From Bdellovibrionales bacterium (GTDB lineage Bacteria > Bdellovibrionota > Bdellovibrionia > Bdellovibrionales > UBA1609): 64,000 bases of DNA. The stretch covers positions 518,741 to 582,740 of the forward strand of contig CBDHDF010000010.1 of the NCBI GenBank assembly GCA_965261545.1, written 5' to 3'. The first letter of the stretch is position 1, and each line of letters starts with the position of its first letter. The notes under the pieces were generated by a model, which had not been told where the DNA came from, did no database searches, and saw nothing but the letters and a program-made list of their open reading frames with translations. The translations under genes were made by a program, and so were the position numbers. Of the stretch, positions 45,174-55,139 are shown piece by piece.

Positions 45174-46653
45174 CCCGCCTCCAATTAAAAAATTTCTCTA
45201 AGAATTTCAAAGCCTCTTCAGGCTTACGGGCCTTCTTCCACTCTCCAGCCAAATATTTATTGGCCTCGGCCATGGTGGGATAAATATGGATCGTGCCCAA
45301 AATAGAATTCAAACCAAAACCATTTTTCATAGCGGCAATAAACTCTCCAATAAGGTCACTGGCGTGATACCCAGCAATGGTGGCCCCAATAACCTGATCG
45401 GTACCAGGTTTTGTAAGGACTTTCACAAAGCCATGGTCTTCACTGTCAGCAATGGCTCGATCCAAGTCGTCGAGACCGTAGGTAGAAACCTCGTAATCCA
45501 CCCCTTGCTCCGTGGCTGTCGTCTCTGTTAGCCCTACCGTGGCGACCTCAGGATCTGTATAAGTCGCCCAGGGAATGACACTATAATCAACTTTAAAGCT
45601 TTTATTAAAGGGGGCGGGTATAATGTTTGTAAAAGGCTTAAAAAGAGCATTCACACAGGCATAATAAGCTTGGTGAGCGGCCGTGTGTGTGAACTGATAG
45701 GGACCCGCAACATCTCCACAAACAAAGATATTATTGTAGTTTGTTGCCAAGAAATCATTGGCCTTGACGGTGCCACGGTCTGTGAGTTCCACACCTAAGT
45801 CTTCAAGACCAAAACCCTTCACGTTGGCCCGGCGACCAAGAGCAATAAGAACTTCATCAAATTCAATTTCTTTTTCCTGCTTGTCGTGTTCAGCGACCAA
45901 AATCTTTTGCATTCCATCCACCTTAAAGGATTTGGCTGTGTGATTGGTATAAATTTGCATTCCCTCAGACTCAAATTTTTTCATTACAAGAGTAGAAACC
46001 TCTTTGTCCTCACGGGCCATAATGCGAGGAGATCGCTCCACAAGAAGAACCTGAGAACCCAACCTTTGAAAACTTTGAGCCAACTCAGATCCAATGGGCC
46101 CTCCTCCAAGAACGAGAAATCTTGGGGGTTGCTTGCGAATCTCCCAAATATTGTCTGAAGTTAAATACTTTATCTTATCAAGCCCTGGAATGGGCGGGAC
46201 AAAAGGTCCTGCACCTGTAGCCACAATAATCGCACGGGTTGTAAGAACTTTGCCATTGACTTCAATTTCGTAGGGCGAAAGGATCTTGGCATCCCCTGTG
46301 ATACACTCCACTCCCAAGCTACTATAGCGCTCTATGGAGTCATGGGGTTCGACTTTTTTAACGACGTTTTGCACACGCTCCATTACCTCCGCAAAATCAT
46401 AATCAATTTTGGCTGATTTAAAACCAAAATCTTTGGCCCTTTTTGCATAAGCCATCATTTTTGCCGACCTGATAAGAGCTTTTGAGGGAACACAACCCGT
46501 GTTGAGACAATCTCCTCCCATCTTGTGCCTTTCAATCAAGCCCACCCGGGCTTTGAGAGTGGCGGCAATATAGGAAGACACAAGCCCTCCACTCCCCGCA
46601 CCAATGACAAGAAGGTTGTAATCAAATTGACTTGGTTTTTTATATGATTTCAT
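45166..46653 (-). CDS. FAD-dependent pyridine nucleotide-disulfide oxidoreductase (mercuric reductase/dihydrolipoamide dehydrogenase-like).
   Basis: LVIGAGSGG, redox disulfide GGDCLNTGCVPSK, second Rossmann LVLGGGPIGSELAQ, C-terminal dimerisation domain. Confidence 0.85.
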   Translation of the reverse strand: MKSYKKPSQFDYNLLVIGAGSGGLVSSYIAATLKARVGLIERHKMGGDCLNTGCVPSKALIRSAKMMAYAKRAKDFGFKSAKIDYDFAEVMERVQNVVKKVEPHDSIERYSSLGVECITGDAKILSPYEIEVNGKVLTTRAIIVATGAGPFVPPIPGLDKIKYLTSDNIWEIRKQPPRFLVLGGGPIGSELAQSFQRLGSQVLLVERSPRIMAREDKEVSTLVMKKFESEGMQIYTNHTAKSFKVDGMQKILVAEHDKQEKEIEFDEVLIALGRRANVKGFGLEDLGVELTDRGTVKANDFLATNYNNIFVCGDVAGPYQFTHTAAHQAYYACVNALFKPFTNIIPAPFNKSFKVDYSVIPWATYTDPEVATVGLTETTATEQGVDYEVSTYGLDDLDRAIADSEDHGFVKVLTKPGTDQVIGATIAGYHASDLIGEFIAAMKNGFGLNSILGTIHIYPTMAEANKYLAGEWKKARKPEEALKFLEKFFNWRRGA

Positions 46654-47339
46654 GAATCCACCTTTTTCTTTTTAATAAGTCCAATGATTTTTTTAGATAT
46701 CAATGGGAAAATTCCCAATATAACAAATGAAACAATAAGCTTGGGTGATAAGATACCCGATAAGGAATCTATTTTGGCAAGTTCTGTTCCCGCATTGACA
46801 TAGACAATGGTCCCAGCCAACATTCCAATTTGGCTTACAATAAAAAAATGAAGAGTCTTAATTGGTGTTAAACCCATGACAAGGTTTATGACAAAGAAGG
46901 GAATGGCTGGAATCAAACGCATGGTAAATAAATAAAACATCCCCTCCCTTTCAATGCCTTCATTGATAACCTTAAGCTTATCACCAAATTTACTCTGAAT
47001 GGCATCCCGGAGCATAAATCGGGCCACCAAAAAAGCCGAAGTGGCTCCTATTGTACTGGCGAAAGAAACAAGAATCGTTCCCGTCAAAAGACCAAACAGG
47101 GCTCCCCCAAGAAGTGTGAGGATGGCGGCCCCCGGGAGAGAAAGGGCGGTGACAACAATATAACTGACCAAGTAAATGACAATGGTGAGAGTGGGGTTTC
47201 CCTCCTTATAAGCTTGAAAATCCGATTGTCTCTGTTTAAGGTACTCAAAACTAAGGTATTGACCAAGGTCAAAATAAAAGAAGGCCCCCAAAAGAGCAAT
47301 AATAAGAACAATAACAACATATTTAAAAGAATTTTTCAT
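46650..47339 (-). CDS. TVP38/TMEM64 (DedA-related) membrane protein.
   Basis: 229 aa, 5-6 TM. FTMRLIPAIPFFVINLVMG motif. The 4-nt overlap with the downstream gene indicates an operon. Confidence 0.7.
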   Translation of the reverse strand: MKNSFKYVVIVLIIALLGAFFYFDLGQYLSFEYLKQRQSDFQAYKEGNPTLTIVIYLVSYIVVTALSLPGAAILTLLGGALFGLLTGTILVSFASTIGATSAFLVARFMLRDAIQSKFGDKLKVINEGIEREGMFYLFTMRLIPAIPFFVINLVMGLTPIKTLHFFIVSQIGMLAGTIVYVNAGTELAKIDSLSGILSPKLIVSFVILGIFPLISKKIIGLIKKKKVDS

Positions 47340-47523
47340 AAGATTCCCTTCTTGTATTTATATATTATTCTTATTTACTATTATCGGCCCTCATTTCTCA
47401 ATTTCTAAACCTTGTTTTCTAAAAAATACCTTATGAAAGTAAAATCTAGATATAAATGGAGCTATAATCAGGATCAACGTCTTAAGATGAGTGGCTTAGA
47501 ATGAATAATTTGGGACGAGTCAC

Positions 47524-49071
47524 TTATGATTTTGACTTATAGACCCCTTGGACCATTCGGTCCATCACCATGGCACACAAAAGAATGGCCAGCCCAGCGA
47601 GAAGTCCTTGCCCTTTGGCAGCGTACTGTAAAGCTTCAAGAATAAGGGCACCTAAACCCTCGGCCCCAATCAATGAAGCAATCACAACCATGGAAAGACT
47701 CATCATAATGGTTTGGTTGATACCTGTCATAATGGATGGCATGGCCAGGGGAAGTTCCACATGCCATAACAACTGCCCCCTAGAGCAACCAAATGCAATG
47801 GCAGCCTCTTTTGTGGTTTTGGGTATATTACTTATTCCGAGGGCCGTGAGGCGTACCACAGGGGGCATGGCAAAAATAATGGTGGCCAAAATGCCAGGAG
47901 GTTTGCCCGTTCCAAAAAAGGCAATAATGGGGATAAGGTAAACAAAAGCAGGCATGGTCTGCATGAAGTCAAGAGCCGGCCGAGCCAAAGAGTAGGCTCT
48001 AGGGTTATGCCCAAACCAAATTCCCAGGGGAATACCAAAGACAAGGCAAAGCAGAGACCCCACACCAATGAGAGAAATGGTCATCATGGCCACTTCCCAG
48101 AGTCCTAAAAAAGCTAGGTAGGAGATGGCAGCGGCTGTAAAAATGGCCATTCGAAGCCCCCCCAGACGAAAGGCCGTGACAATAAAAACCAGCCATACAA
48201 CAGGCCATGGAGTTACAATGAAGAGGGTCTCACATATTTTAATAAGGCTGGAAATAACAGTCACCACCCCCTCAAATACATCTCCAAAGCGGCGAGCAAT
48301 GGAATCAAAAGCCTTATCTCCCAAGTCGGCCAGCTTAAAAAAGAGTTCTTTTTCCAAAGGGAACTTGGTGATGGGAAAACCTATGATTTTTTTAAAGACA
48401 GCATCAGGATGAGAGTGGGTAAAACGAAAGATGGTGAGAGGGGCAATGAAGAAGGTCAGAAAAAAACCCATGATAAAGTGGGCCCAACTCACACCTTTTT
48501 TGTATTTGTCTGGAAAAGCGAGCCAGTGTCGATATTTTTTCTCGTAGGCCACATTGGCGTAGAAACCTTCGACAATTTTGACGAAGATAAGTAAAATCAC
48601 TCCAAAGATAGCCCAGGGAACAAGACTTTCTTGGGCCAATTCTTGTTGAAGCTGGCTGGCTGTGAGTTGAAGGTTATCGAGAATCTGGGAGGCCGTTTCC
48701 AAGTTATTTGACTCCCCTTGAGCCATAGCTTTTTCCATTTGCTCTTTGCGATAAGCTATATTTTTCATAATTTGCTCATAACGGAGCCTCTTCTCTCCCC
48801 CAGGTTCGGCCCATAGCCCTCGGGCTATGGTGACAAAGGAGATAAGTTCCGCAATGAGAAAAAACCAGAAGAACCCCCACATTTGTCGCCAAGCTCCCCA
48901 GAGGGGACCAAGGACACAAGCTGCCATGTTCCATGAAAAAACAAGGTCTTTCGCTTCTTGGAGCCTTTGGAATTCTCGCATGTAATACTTTTGACGATGC
49001 AGGGTAAAGGCACCAGTTTGCTCACTTAAATTCTTCAATTTTTCTTCCTTACTTTTTAATTTACTTTGCAA
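47524..49071 (-). CDS. proW: Glycine betaine/proline-type ABC transporter permease with a roughly 230-aa N-terminal extension.
   Basis: The C-terminal half has the ProW-like permease core and EAA loop (KEAAIAFGCSRGQLLWHVELPLAMPSIMTGINQ). TTG start at 49071. Confidence 0.7.
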   Translation of the reverse strand: MQSKLKSKEEKLKNLSEQTGAFTLHRQKYYMREFQRLQEAKDLVFSWNMAACVLGPLWGAWRQMWGFFWFFLIAELISFVTIARGLWAEPGGEKRLRYEQIMKNIAYRKEQMEKAMAQGESNNLETASQILDNLQLTASQLQQELAQESLVPWAIFGVILLIFVKIVEGFYANVAYEKKYRHWLAFPDKYKKGVSWAHFIMGFFLTFFIAPLTIFRFTHSHPDAVFKKIIGFPITKFPLEKELFFKLADLGDKAFDSIARRFGDVFEGVVTVISSLIKICETLFIVTPWPVVWLVFIVTAFRLGGLRMAIFTAAAISYLAFLGLWEVAMMTISLIGVGSLLCLVFGIPLGIWFGHNPRAYSLARPALDFMQTMPAFVYLIPIIAFFGTGKPPGILATIIFAMPPVVRLTALGISNIPKTTKEAAIAFGCSRGQLLWHVELPLAMPSIMTGINQTIMMSLSMVVIASLIGAEGLGALILEALQYAAKGQGLLAGLAILLCAMVMDRMVQGVYKSKS

Positions 49072-49134
49072 CTAGATGCTTTGAACTTTTATAACTAGCT
49101 GCTTTGAACTTTTATAACTAACTGCTTTGAACTA
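49070..49134. repeat. 23-bp x3 repeat at the proV stop / proW start junction.
   Basis: aactagatgctttgaacttttat / aactagctgctttgaacttttat / aactaactgctttgaact. The third unit holds the last 5 codons and stop of proV. Confidence 0.9.
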
Positions 49135-49990
49135 AAGGTGACGACTTTGCGGGGAGGTCTTCGGGATTCACAGAGCAATTACTCACAAATTGCCTCACAT
49201 AGTCGTCGGCGGGATGAGATAAGATTTCTTGGGGCGAAGCCACCTGGACAATGCGCCCCTCGCACATAATAGCAATACGGTGCCCAATGCGAACGGCTTC
49301 ATCTAAGTCATGGGTAATAAAAACAGAGGTCTTTCCAAGCTCCTGTGACAAAACCATAAATTCATCTTGCAGTTCACGACGAATGAGGGGGTCAAGGGCT
49401 GAAAATGGCTCATCCATAAGCAAAATTTCAGGGTCGAGGGCAAGAATTCTTGCCAGGCCCACTCGCTGCTTCATGCCACCAGAGAGTTCCGAGAGATGGC
49501 GCTCTCCGTGACCCTTGAGTTTCACCAACTCTAAACACTCTTGGGATTTTTTCCAACAGTGAGCCTTGGATTCTTGGCGAAGGCGCAGGGGTAAGTTGAT
49601 ATTTTCTCGCACGGTGAGGTGGGGGAGGAGAGCTGTGTGTTGAAAGACCATTCCAATTTGCCGGGCGCGCATATACCTCAACTCTTGGTGGCCCATTCGT
49701 AAAATATTTTTACCTAAAACAGTGATTTTACCTGCTGTGGGATGAACGAGGCGGTTGATGTGTCGAAGAATGGTGGATTTACCAGAGCCTGATAAACCAA
49801 TAACACAAAAAATCTCCCCTCTTTGGACTTCAAAAGAAGCATTTTGAACTCCCACAAAGCAGTTATATGTTTTAGTGATCTCTGAGGCTGTTTGGCCATG
49901 ACGCATAGAATCTAAAGCCTCCAAGGCTCGACCACCAAAAATCTTCCACACCCCATCAAGTCGAATAACAGTTTCTTCTACTTGAGCCAA
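49118..49990 (-). CDS. proV: Glycine betaine/proline-type ABC transporter ATP-binding protein (no CBS tail).
   Basis: [34 protein letters not shown]-loop ITHD. Confidence 0.8.
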   Translation of the reverse strand: MAQVEETVIRLDGVWKIFGGRALEALDSMRHGQTASEITKTYNCFVGVQNASFEVQRGEIFCVIGLSGSGKSTILRHINRLVHPTAGKITVLGKNILRMGHQELRYMRARQIGMVFQHTALLPHLTVRENINLPLRLRQESKAHCWKKSQECLELVKLKGHGERHLSELSGGMKQRVGLARILALDPEILLMDEPFSALDPLIRRELQDEFMVLSQELGKTSVFITHDLDEAVRIGHRIAIMCEGRIVQVASPQEILSHPADDYVRQFVSNCSVNPEDLPAKSSPLVQSS

Positions 49991-51081
49991 GAATCCACCA
50001 GGGAAGAGTTTTTAGCGATCCATTCACGGGCAAATAATTCTGGCGGCATTTTTTTCACAGTAAGCTGGTAGCTCATGGACTCCATATCTTTTTCTGAAAA
50101 ACGAATGCGATTAAGAAGTTGCACTACTTGGGAATGGAACTTCTCCAAGGAAACTGAATAATGCATACTTATGGTAGCACTTTTCCAAGCTGTTGTGGCA
50201 TAGGATTTTTCCAACCACTGAGGGTCCTCTTTTGGAAGTAAAATCTTCCACTTGGAGGGATCATGGGGGTCTTCCTTTAACTTTTTAAGTTTATGAAGGG
50301 TGAATATGTGGTGGGGAGAGTAACAAAAAAAGGCAATATTTTGTTTTTTGTTAATAGCGGCATCCACTTCGACCATGGCAAGAGCTTCCTCCATCACCTT
50401 AAGCTTCATGGTATTATTGTAACCATATGATTTGGCCCGAATTTTTTCAGCAGGCGTGGATCCCCAACCCACAGCTCCAATCCACATTTCGCCCTGCCCA
50501 TCACCATCTGTGTCAAAATGTTGGGCCATGACTGGATTGCTAAGTTCAGCAACACTTTTAATGCCTGTTCTCTCGGCTGTACCTTGACTGACACAAATAT
50601 TTTGATAAGCAAGAGTTGGGGTATCTGTGACCGTGTCTTTAATAGACTTGTTCTCCTCCACATATTTTTTAGTGAAATTATCGTGATTGGGTGACCATGT
50701 TTCGGGGTGAATATGCATGGCGGATCGATCCAGTGCTTCAAAGATCACGGCGTTGGAACCATTTTGAAGTTCAACTTGAAGTCCGAAATTATCGACAATC
50801 AAGATCTTAAGGATATTGGCCCTTGCGCGCCCTGAGGGCCAGTTGGGAATCCCAATGACGATTTTTTCAATGGACTTTTGGCTCCCACTCTCGGTAGGAA
50901 GAAGCTGATCTGAAGCCTGTTGGTTTTGAGTCGGCTCCTGTGGAGGAGTGTCAGAAGTATTTGAAGCCGGTGAAGAGTTGGAGGCTGTGGGGAGTTGAGT
51001 AGGTTCTTCTATAAAAATAAAAAAGATCGACACAATGACAGCTACAGCCAGTAGAACGATAAAAAGTGCATATTTTTTCAT
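49978..51081 (-). CDS. proX: Glycine betaine-type substrate-binding protein (OpuAC-like).
   Basis: Signal peptide. [46 protein letters not shown] pattern. Confidence 0.6.
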   Translation of the reverse strand: MKKYALFIVLLAVAVIVSIFFIFIEEPTQLPTASNSSPASNTSDTPPQEPTQNQQASDQLLPTESGSQKSIEKIVIGIPNWPSGRARANILKILIVDNFGLQVELQNGSNAVIFEALDRSAMHIHPETWSPNHDNFTKKYVEENKSIKDTVTDTPTLAYQNICVSQGTAERTGIKSVAELSNPVMAQHFDTDGDGQGEMWIGAVGWGSTPAEKIRAKSYGYNNTMKLKVMEEALAMVEVDAAINKKQNIAFFCYSPHHIFTLHKLKKLKEDPHDPSKWKILLPKEDPQWLEKSYATTAWKSATISMHYSVSLEKFHSQVVQLLNRIRFSEKDMESMSYQLTVKKMPPELFAREWIAKNSSLVDSWLK

Positions 51082-51237
51082 ATGTTTTCTTCCTTTGTTT
51101 AGTTTGTTTAACTCACTAGGTTTAATTTATTTCTCCTTTAGCAGCAATTGTGCGACAAGTCAATATTGATCTTCGCACCATTATCCTTCTGTCGCTTTAT
51201 GGTTTTACAGCCACTCATCTATTTTGTTAAGTGTTGT

Positions 51238-52305
51238 TTATAGTATTTTAGGTGTTAATTTCCAAGTGAAGGTGTATTGAGCTTCGCTAATATGTTTCTG
51301 TTGATTGCGAGAAATCACAGTGGTCACAAAAATCCATCGAGAGTTACTGTGCCTTCCCAAAAAAACCAATCCTAAAGAAGTTGCATGGCGTTGATCCCGT
51401 TTGACTTTAAGAGAAGGGTTCAAATAATCATAGCGTGTCATCAACTTGAATTTGCGATGGAGTATGTAATTGAAATCCATATACCATGATTGAAATGAAT
51501 CTGCTTGGGGATTGAACTCTTGATCTAAAGAACCATAGGTATATTCGGCTAAAAACTGGAAATGATCTTTTTTATACCAAAGAAAATAGGGGTTGAAAAC
51601 TTGCCAACGAGACTTCAAGCTAAGGTCGACCCCAGCAAGATGAGACGATTGTAAAAGGGTGGAGTGAGGCTGAGTTGTTCCAGCATGTCCCGACAACCCT
51701 AATTCTATGTTATTGTAGTGCCACCCCCAAGAGGCGGTGCAATAAAAATCTCCATCGAGATTCTGACCAGATTCTCCATTGTGAATGGCTAATTTTGTGT
51801 AAAAACCTTGATGCTCAATAAAATAACTCAGCCCAAGATCTCTCAACCCAATAATTCTTCTCGAAAAGATAAGCCTGCGAGGAAAATCTATTTGATATTC
51901 TTGAGTCCGGCCATTGACCCCAAAATCAAGGGGAATGAGCCCCATGCGTATCCTCCCATAGATGCCCTCATACTGACCATAGGCTTCGTAAAACCCTATG
52001 TCATTTATTGTGGTTTCTTGAAAGATCTGAGGCGGATTGATAAGCTTTTTGGAACCAAAACGAACCCTACTTGAAAGCCAAGGGCTTTTCTCCCACAAGA
52101 TCGATATAGAACTTTTATCAAAATAAAAGCCTCCGAGAGCTCCCTCCGGAAAGTGAAGCTGGGCTTCAACCAAAATGTTGTCTATGGATATTTTCCCTAG
52201 GTTTTCTTCACCTAGACTTTCTTCACCTAGACTTTCTTCAGAAATCCATAGAGAAGATAACAGAAAAACTATTATAGAAAACAATAATATTGTGCGTAAA
52301 TGCAT
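51238..52305 (-). CDS. Putative outer-membrane beta-barrel/porin-like protein.
   Basis: Signal peptide, then a 15-bp x3 repeat (EESLG). Alternating aromatic-rich strands. No specific motif recognised. Confidence 0.35.
   Translation of the reverse strand: MHLRTILLFSIIVFLLSSLWISEESLGEESLGEENLGKISIDNILVEAQLHFPEGALGGFYFDKSSISILWEKSPWLSSRVRFGSKKLINPPQIFQETTINDIGFYEAYGQYEGIYGRIRMGLIPLDFGVNGRTQEYQIDFPRRLIFSRRIIGLRDLGLSYFIEHQGFYTKLAIHNGESGQNLDGDFYCTASWGWHYNNIELGLSGHAGTTQPHSTLLQSSHLAGVDLSLKSRWQVFNPYFLWYKKDHFQFLAEYTYGSLDQEFNPQADSFQSWYMDFNYILHRKFKLMTRYDYLNPSLKVKRDQRHATSLGLVFLGRHSNSRWIFVTTVISRNQQKHISEAQYTFTWKLTPKIL
52196..52240. repeat. In-frame 15-bp x3 repeat after the signal peptide of the porin-like gene.
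   Basis: cctag(g/a)(t/c)tttcttca x3. Encodes EESLG EESLG EENLG. Confidence 0.9.
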
Positions 52306-52876
52306 TCTCAGTATTATAAATGAAAATCGAGGAATCTAAAAGAAAATGCATGTTTTAGAAGGTACCTCTCTACTAATGTCTAAAACAATGTCTAAAAATA
52401 CTTCTGTTCAAGAAAACCCAAGAGACTTATGGCAAGAAATCTAATAGAAATTATGATGGGGCCGATAAGAAACCTAAGGAGTGGTAAAAGGTTAAATAGA
52501 GAGCTGAATTAGCTTTTGATTCTTCGCTGATTTGACTTTGCCCTTCCCTGTAAATCATTCCCAGCACACTTTGGGCGTCTCACTTTGATATTTGCTTTCC
52601 TCATACTTTCAACCTAGTTATAGAATAACGTCATACATGTCGAGACTTTTGTTTAATTTATTCTTTAGTAAACTCAGTTACTTATGTTGCTTTATAAAAA
52701 AAAATTAGGTACTAGCAACTAGGTCAGGTTAAAACAATTGCATGAAATGTCGCAAATACAATACTGCCGCTAAGCTCATATTGACCCAATCATATTAAAT
52801 TGTTACAATAAAATAAACCACTTTCACTTTACTGGTTTGTTACCAAAACCACTAGAGGTCACAATGAAAAAAAAAC

Positions 52877-53779
52877 GTGCAAATTGCCTTATTGGGAATT
52901 TTCTTTTTGGTCGTACCATTATTTCTATTTCAAAACTGTTCCAACGAACTCCCCAGTGCAAATGACGCATCATCTAAGTCTTCCGGTACAAGTGAGCCTA
53001 ATGAAGTGCCTATCGGTTCTAGCGAATATGGATCTATTATTATTCCATCTTCCACCAACCCAAATGATCCCAGTGATGTGGTTGTAGGCCCCAACAATTT
53101 AATAAATATACAGCCAAACACTTTCATTGAATCGCCAGTGAATTGTACAAACATTTGTCAAGAGCAACAGCAGTGTGCCTCTCAAAAAAGCAGTAGTGAA
53201 AGATTATCCTGCCGAAACTCTTGCAATAGAAGAACGGGCCTCTGTGCACCTTTTGAGCTCCATCGAGACCCCTACACTTTAACAAGTTTTGTTGTTCCTG
53301 GGGGATATAAAAAAGTCAATATCACCTTGGAGCACTGTACAGATCGAAACGATGTTTTAGTGATTGAAGGCCCCTATCTTCACTTTAAAACGCTTAATTC
53401 TGGAGCTATATGGAATGCTCGATTTGGTGCCAATGTGGGCAGAGGTCCTCGATGTAAAAAAGAAGATTTATTGGATCATGCGAAAGTGAAGGTAAGAAAC
53501 TTTAATAAGGCTGGAAACTTTCAAAGCGAAAAAGTATATATTTGGAAATTTCCTGCTGCCCTCTCCTACCCACTCAACGTGATAAACGATATTGATATCC
53601 AAAAACCCGTTTTTGTTCATGTGAAAAGTCTTAAGGGGCCAGGAGTTAAAATTCATAGAATTTATGACAATGAAGCCTACAACAAACAATTATCTTTTAT
53701 TTTAGAGTATATTTTTTGGTATGACCCTAAGTACACCACTAACTTTGATCTCTATTATAAACCAAAAGAATCTAACTGA
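52877..53779 (+). CDS. Cys-rich putative lipoprotein of unknown function.
   Basis: LFLFQNC lipobox-like sequence. The annotated GTG start lacks a charged n-region. An out-of-frame ATG plus an A9 tract lies at 52864-52875. Confidence 0.5.
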   Translation: MQIALLGIFFLVVPLFLFQNCSNELPSANDASSKSSGTSEPNEVPIGSSEYGSIIIPSSTNPNDPSDVVVGPNNLINIQPNTFIESPVNCTNICQEQQQCASQKSSSERLSCRNSCNRRTGLCAPFELHRDPYTLTSFVVPGGYKKVNITLEHCTDRNDVLVIEGPYLHFKTLNSGAIWNARFGANVGRGPRCKKEDLLDHAKVKVRNFNKAGNFQSEKVYIWKFPAALSYPLNVINDIDIQKPVFVHVKSLKGPGVKIHRIYDNEAYNKQLSFILEYIFWYDPKYTTNFDLYYKPKESN

Positions 53780-55025
53780 GAATACCAATCACACAACCGG
53801 TGCAGCAAGTGGCTAACAGACCTGCCACCAAACTCTTCCAAGCCAGTCCAAGGATTTCCTTACGCCGCTCTGGTATGAGCACAGTCAAACCACCCACCAT
53901 AATGCCAAGCCCTCCAAAGTTGGCAAAACCGCACATGGCATAAACCAGAATGAGGCGGCTGCGTTCCCCCAAACTGCCCTCGGGCAACTGAGCCAGCTCC
54001 GCGTAAGAAACCAATTCGTTGAGTACAACCTTGGTGGCCATCAATCGACCTGCCTCAGCACACTCCGCCCAGGGGATCCCCATCAACCAGCAAAGAGGGA
54101 TCATCACCAAACCTAGAATTCGCTGCAAAGTGATGGCTCCACCGGCCACATGGGGCAACAAGCCAAGCAGATCATTGGCCAAGTGAACAAGGGCGACCAG
54201 CGAAATCAGCATGGCAATAATGAGAAGCACCATATTGAGCCCCTGCTGCGTGCCCACAGACAAAGCCTCCATGGCACTTGATGTTTCCCGTAGTGGCAGA
54301 TGACTACGAAGTTGAAGTGATTCTCCATCATTGACCGGCACCATCAAAAGAGCGATGGCGATGGCAGCAGGGGCACTGATCACCGAGGCAATCAAAAGTT
54401 GGCCAGTGGCATTGGGCAAAACGGACGTTAGGATGCCAGCGTAAAGGACAAAAACGGAACCGGCGATAGTAGCCATCCCGGTGGTCATCAAAACAAACAA
54501 CTCACTACGGCTGAAATACTTGAGATAGGGGCGAACGAAGAGTGGTGCTTCAGTCATGCCAATGAAGATATTGGCAGCACTCGCCAAACCAATGGCACCA
54601 CCAATGCGAAAGCTTCGCTCCAACACGAAGCCCATAATCTTCACAATCCAGGGTAGAATTCGCCAGTGGGTGAGCAACGAAGTCAATGCACTTGTCACCA
54701 AAACAATGGGAAGAACTTGGAAAGCTAAAATAAAAGTGGCACTGGCCTGAATTTCTGCAAAAGGCAGTGGCCCACCCCCCAGATAGCCAAAAACCATACT
54801 GGTGCCCTGGCGAGTGGCCATCTCCATGCTAGTGACAACATGCCCTAGGGAAGCCACCATATCTGCAATCAAAGGCACCTTGAGGAATACCAAGGCGAGA
54901 ACCAACTGGAGGGCAATGCTGGCCAAAGCAATTTTCCAGGCTTCAAGCCGTCGCTTCTCCCCCATAGCCCAAGCCAGGACAAGTAGCACAACCAAGCCTA
55001 AGGCACTCTGTAACTCTGGCATCAC
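53772..55025 (-). CDS. nupC: NupC/CNT-family nucleoside transporter.
   Basis: 417 aa, polytopic. C-terminal YAMCGFANFGGLGIMVGG motif typical of CNT. GC is clearly above that of the flanks. Confidence 0.8.
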   Translation of the reverse strand: MMPELQSALGLVVLLVLAWAMGEKRRLEAWKIALASIALQLVLALVFLKVPLIADMVASLGHVVTSMEMATRQGTSMVFGYLGGGPLPFAEIQASATFILAFQVLPIVLVTSALTSLLTHWRILPWIVKIMGFVLERSFRIGGAIGLASAANIFIGMTEAPLFVRPYLKYFSRSELFVLMTTGMATIAGSVFVLYAGILTSVLPNATGQLLIASVISAPAAIAIALLMVPVNDGESLQLRSHLPLRETSSAMEALSVGTQQGLNMVLLIIAMLISLVALVHLANDLLGLLPHVAGGAITLQRILGLVMIPLCWLMGIPWAECAEAGRLMATKVVLNELVSYAELAQLPEGSLGERSRLILVYAMCGFANFGGLGIMVGGLTVLIPERRKEILGLAWKSLVAGLLATCCTGCVIGILS

Positions 55026-55139
55026 CTCGATTCTCCTTTCTCTTAAAGAATGAAGTTGATAAGGCTCTGCTACTATAATTGATTCTGATGGCTATGGCGA
55101 CCCTAAAATGGATCACCCTGAAGATGTCTCACTGGCAAC

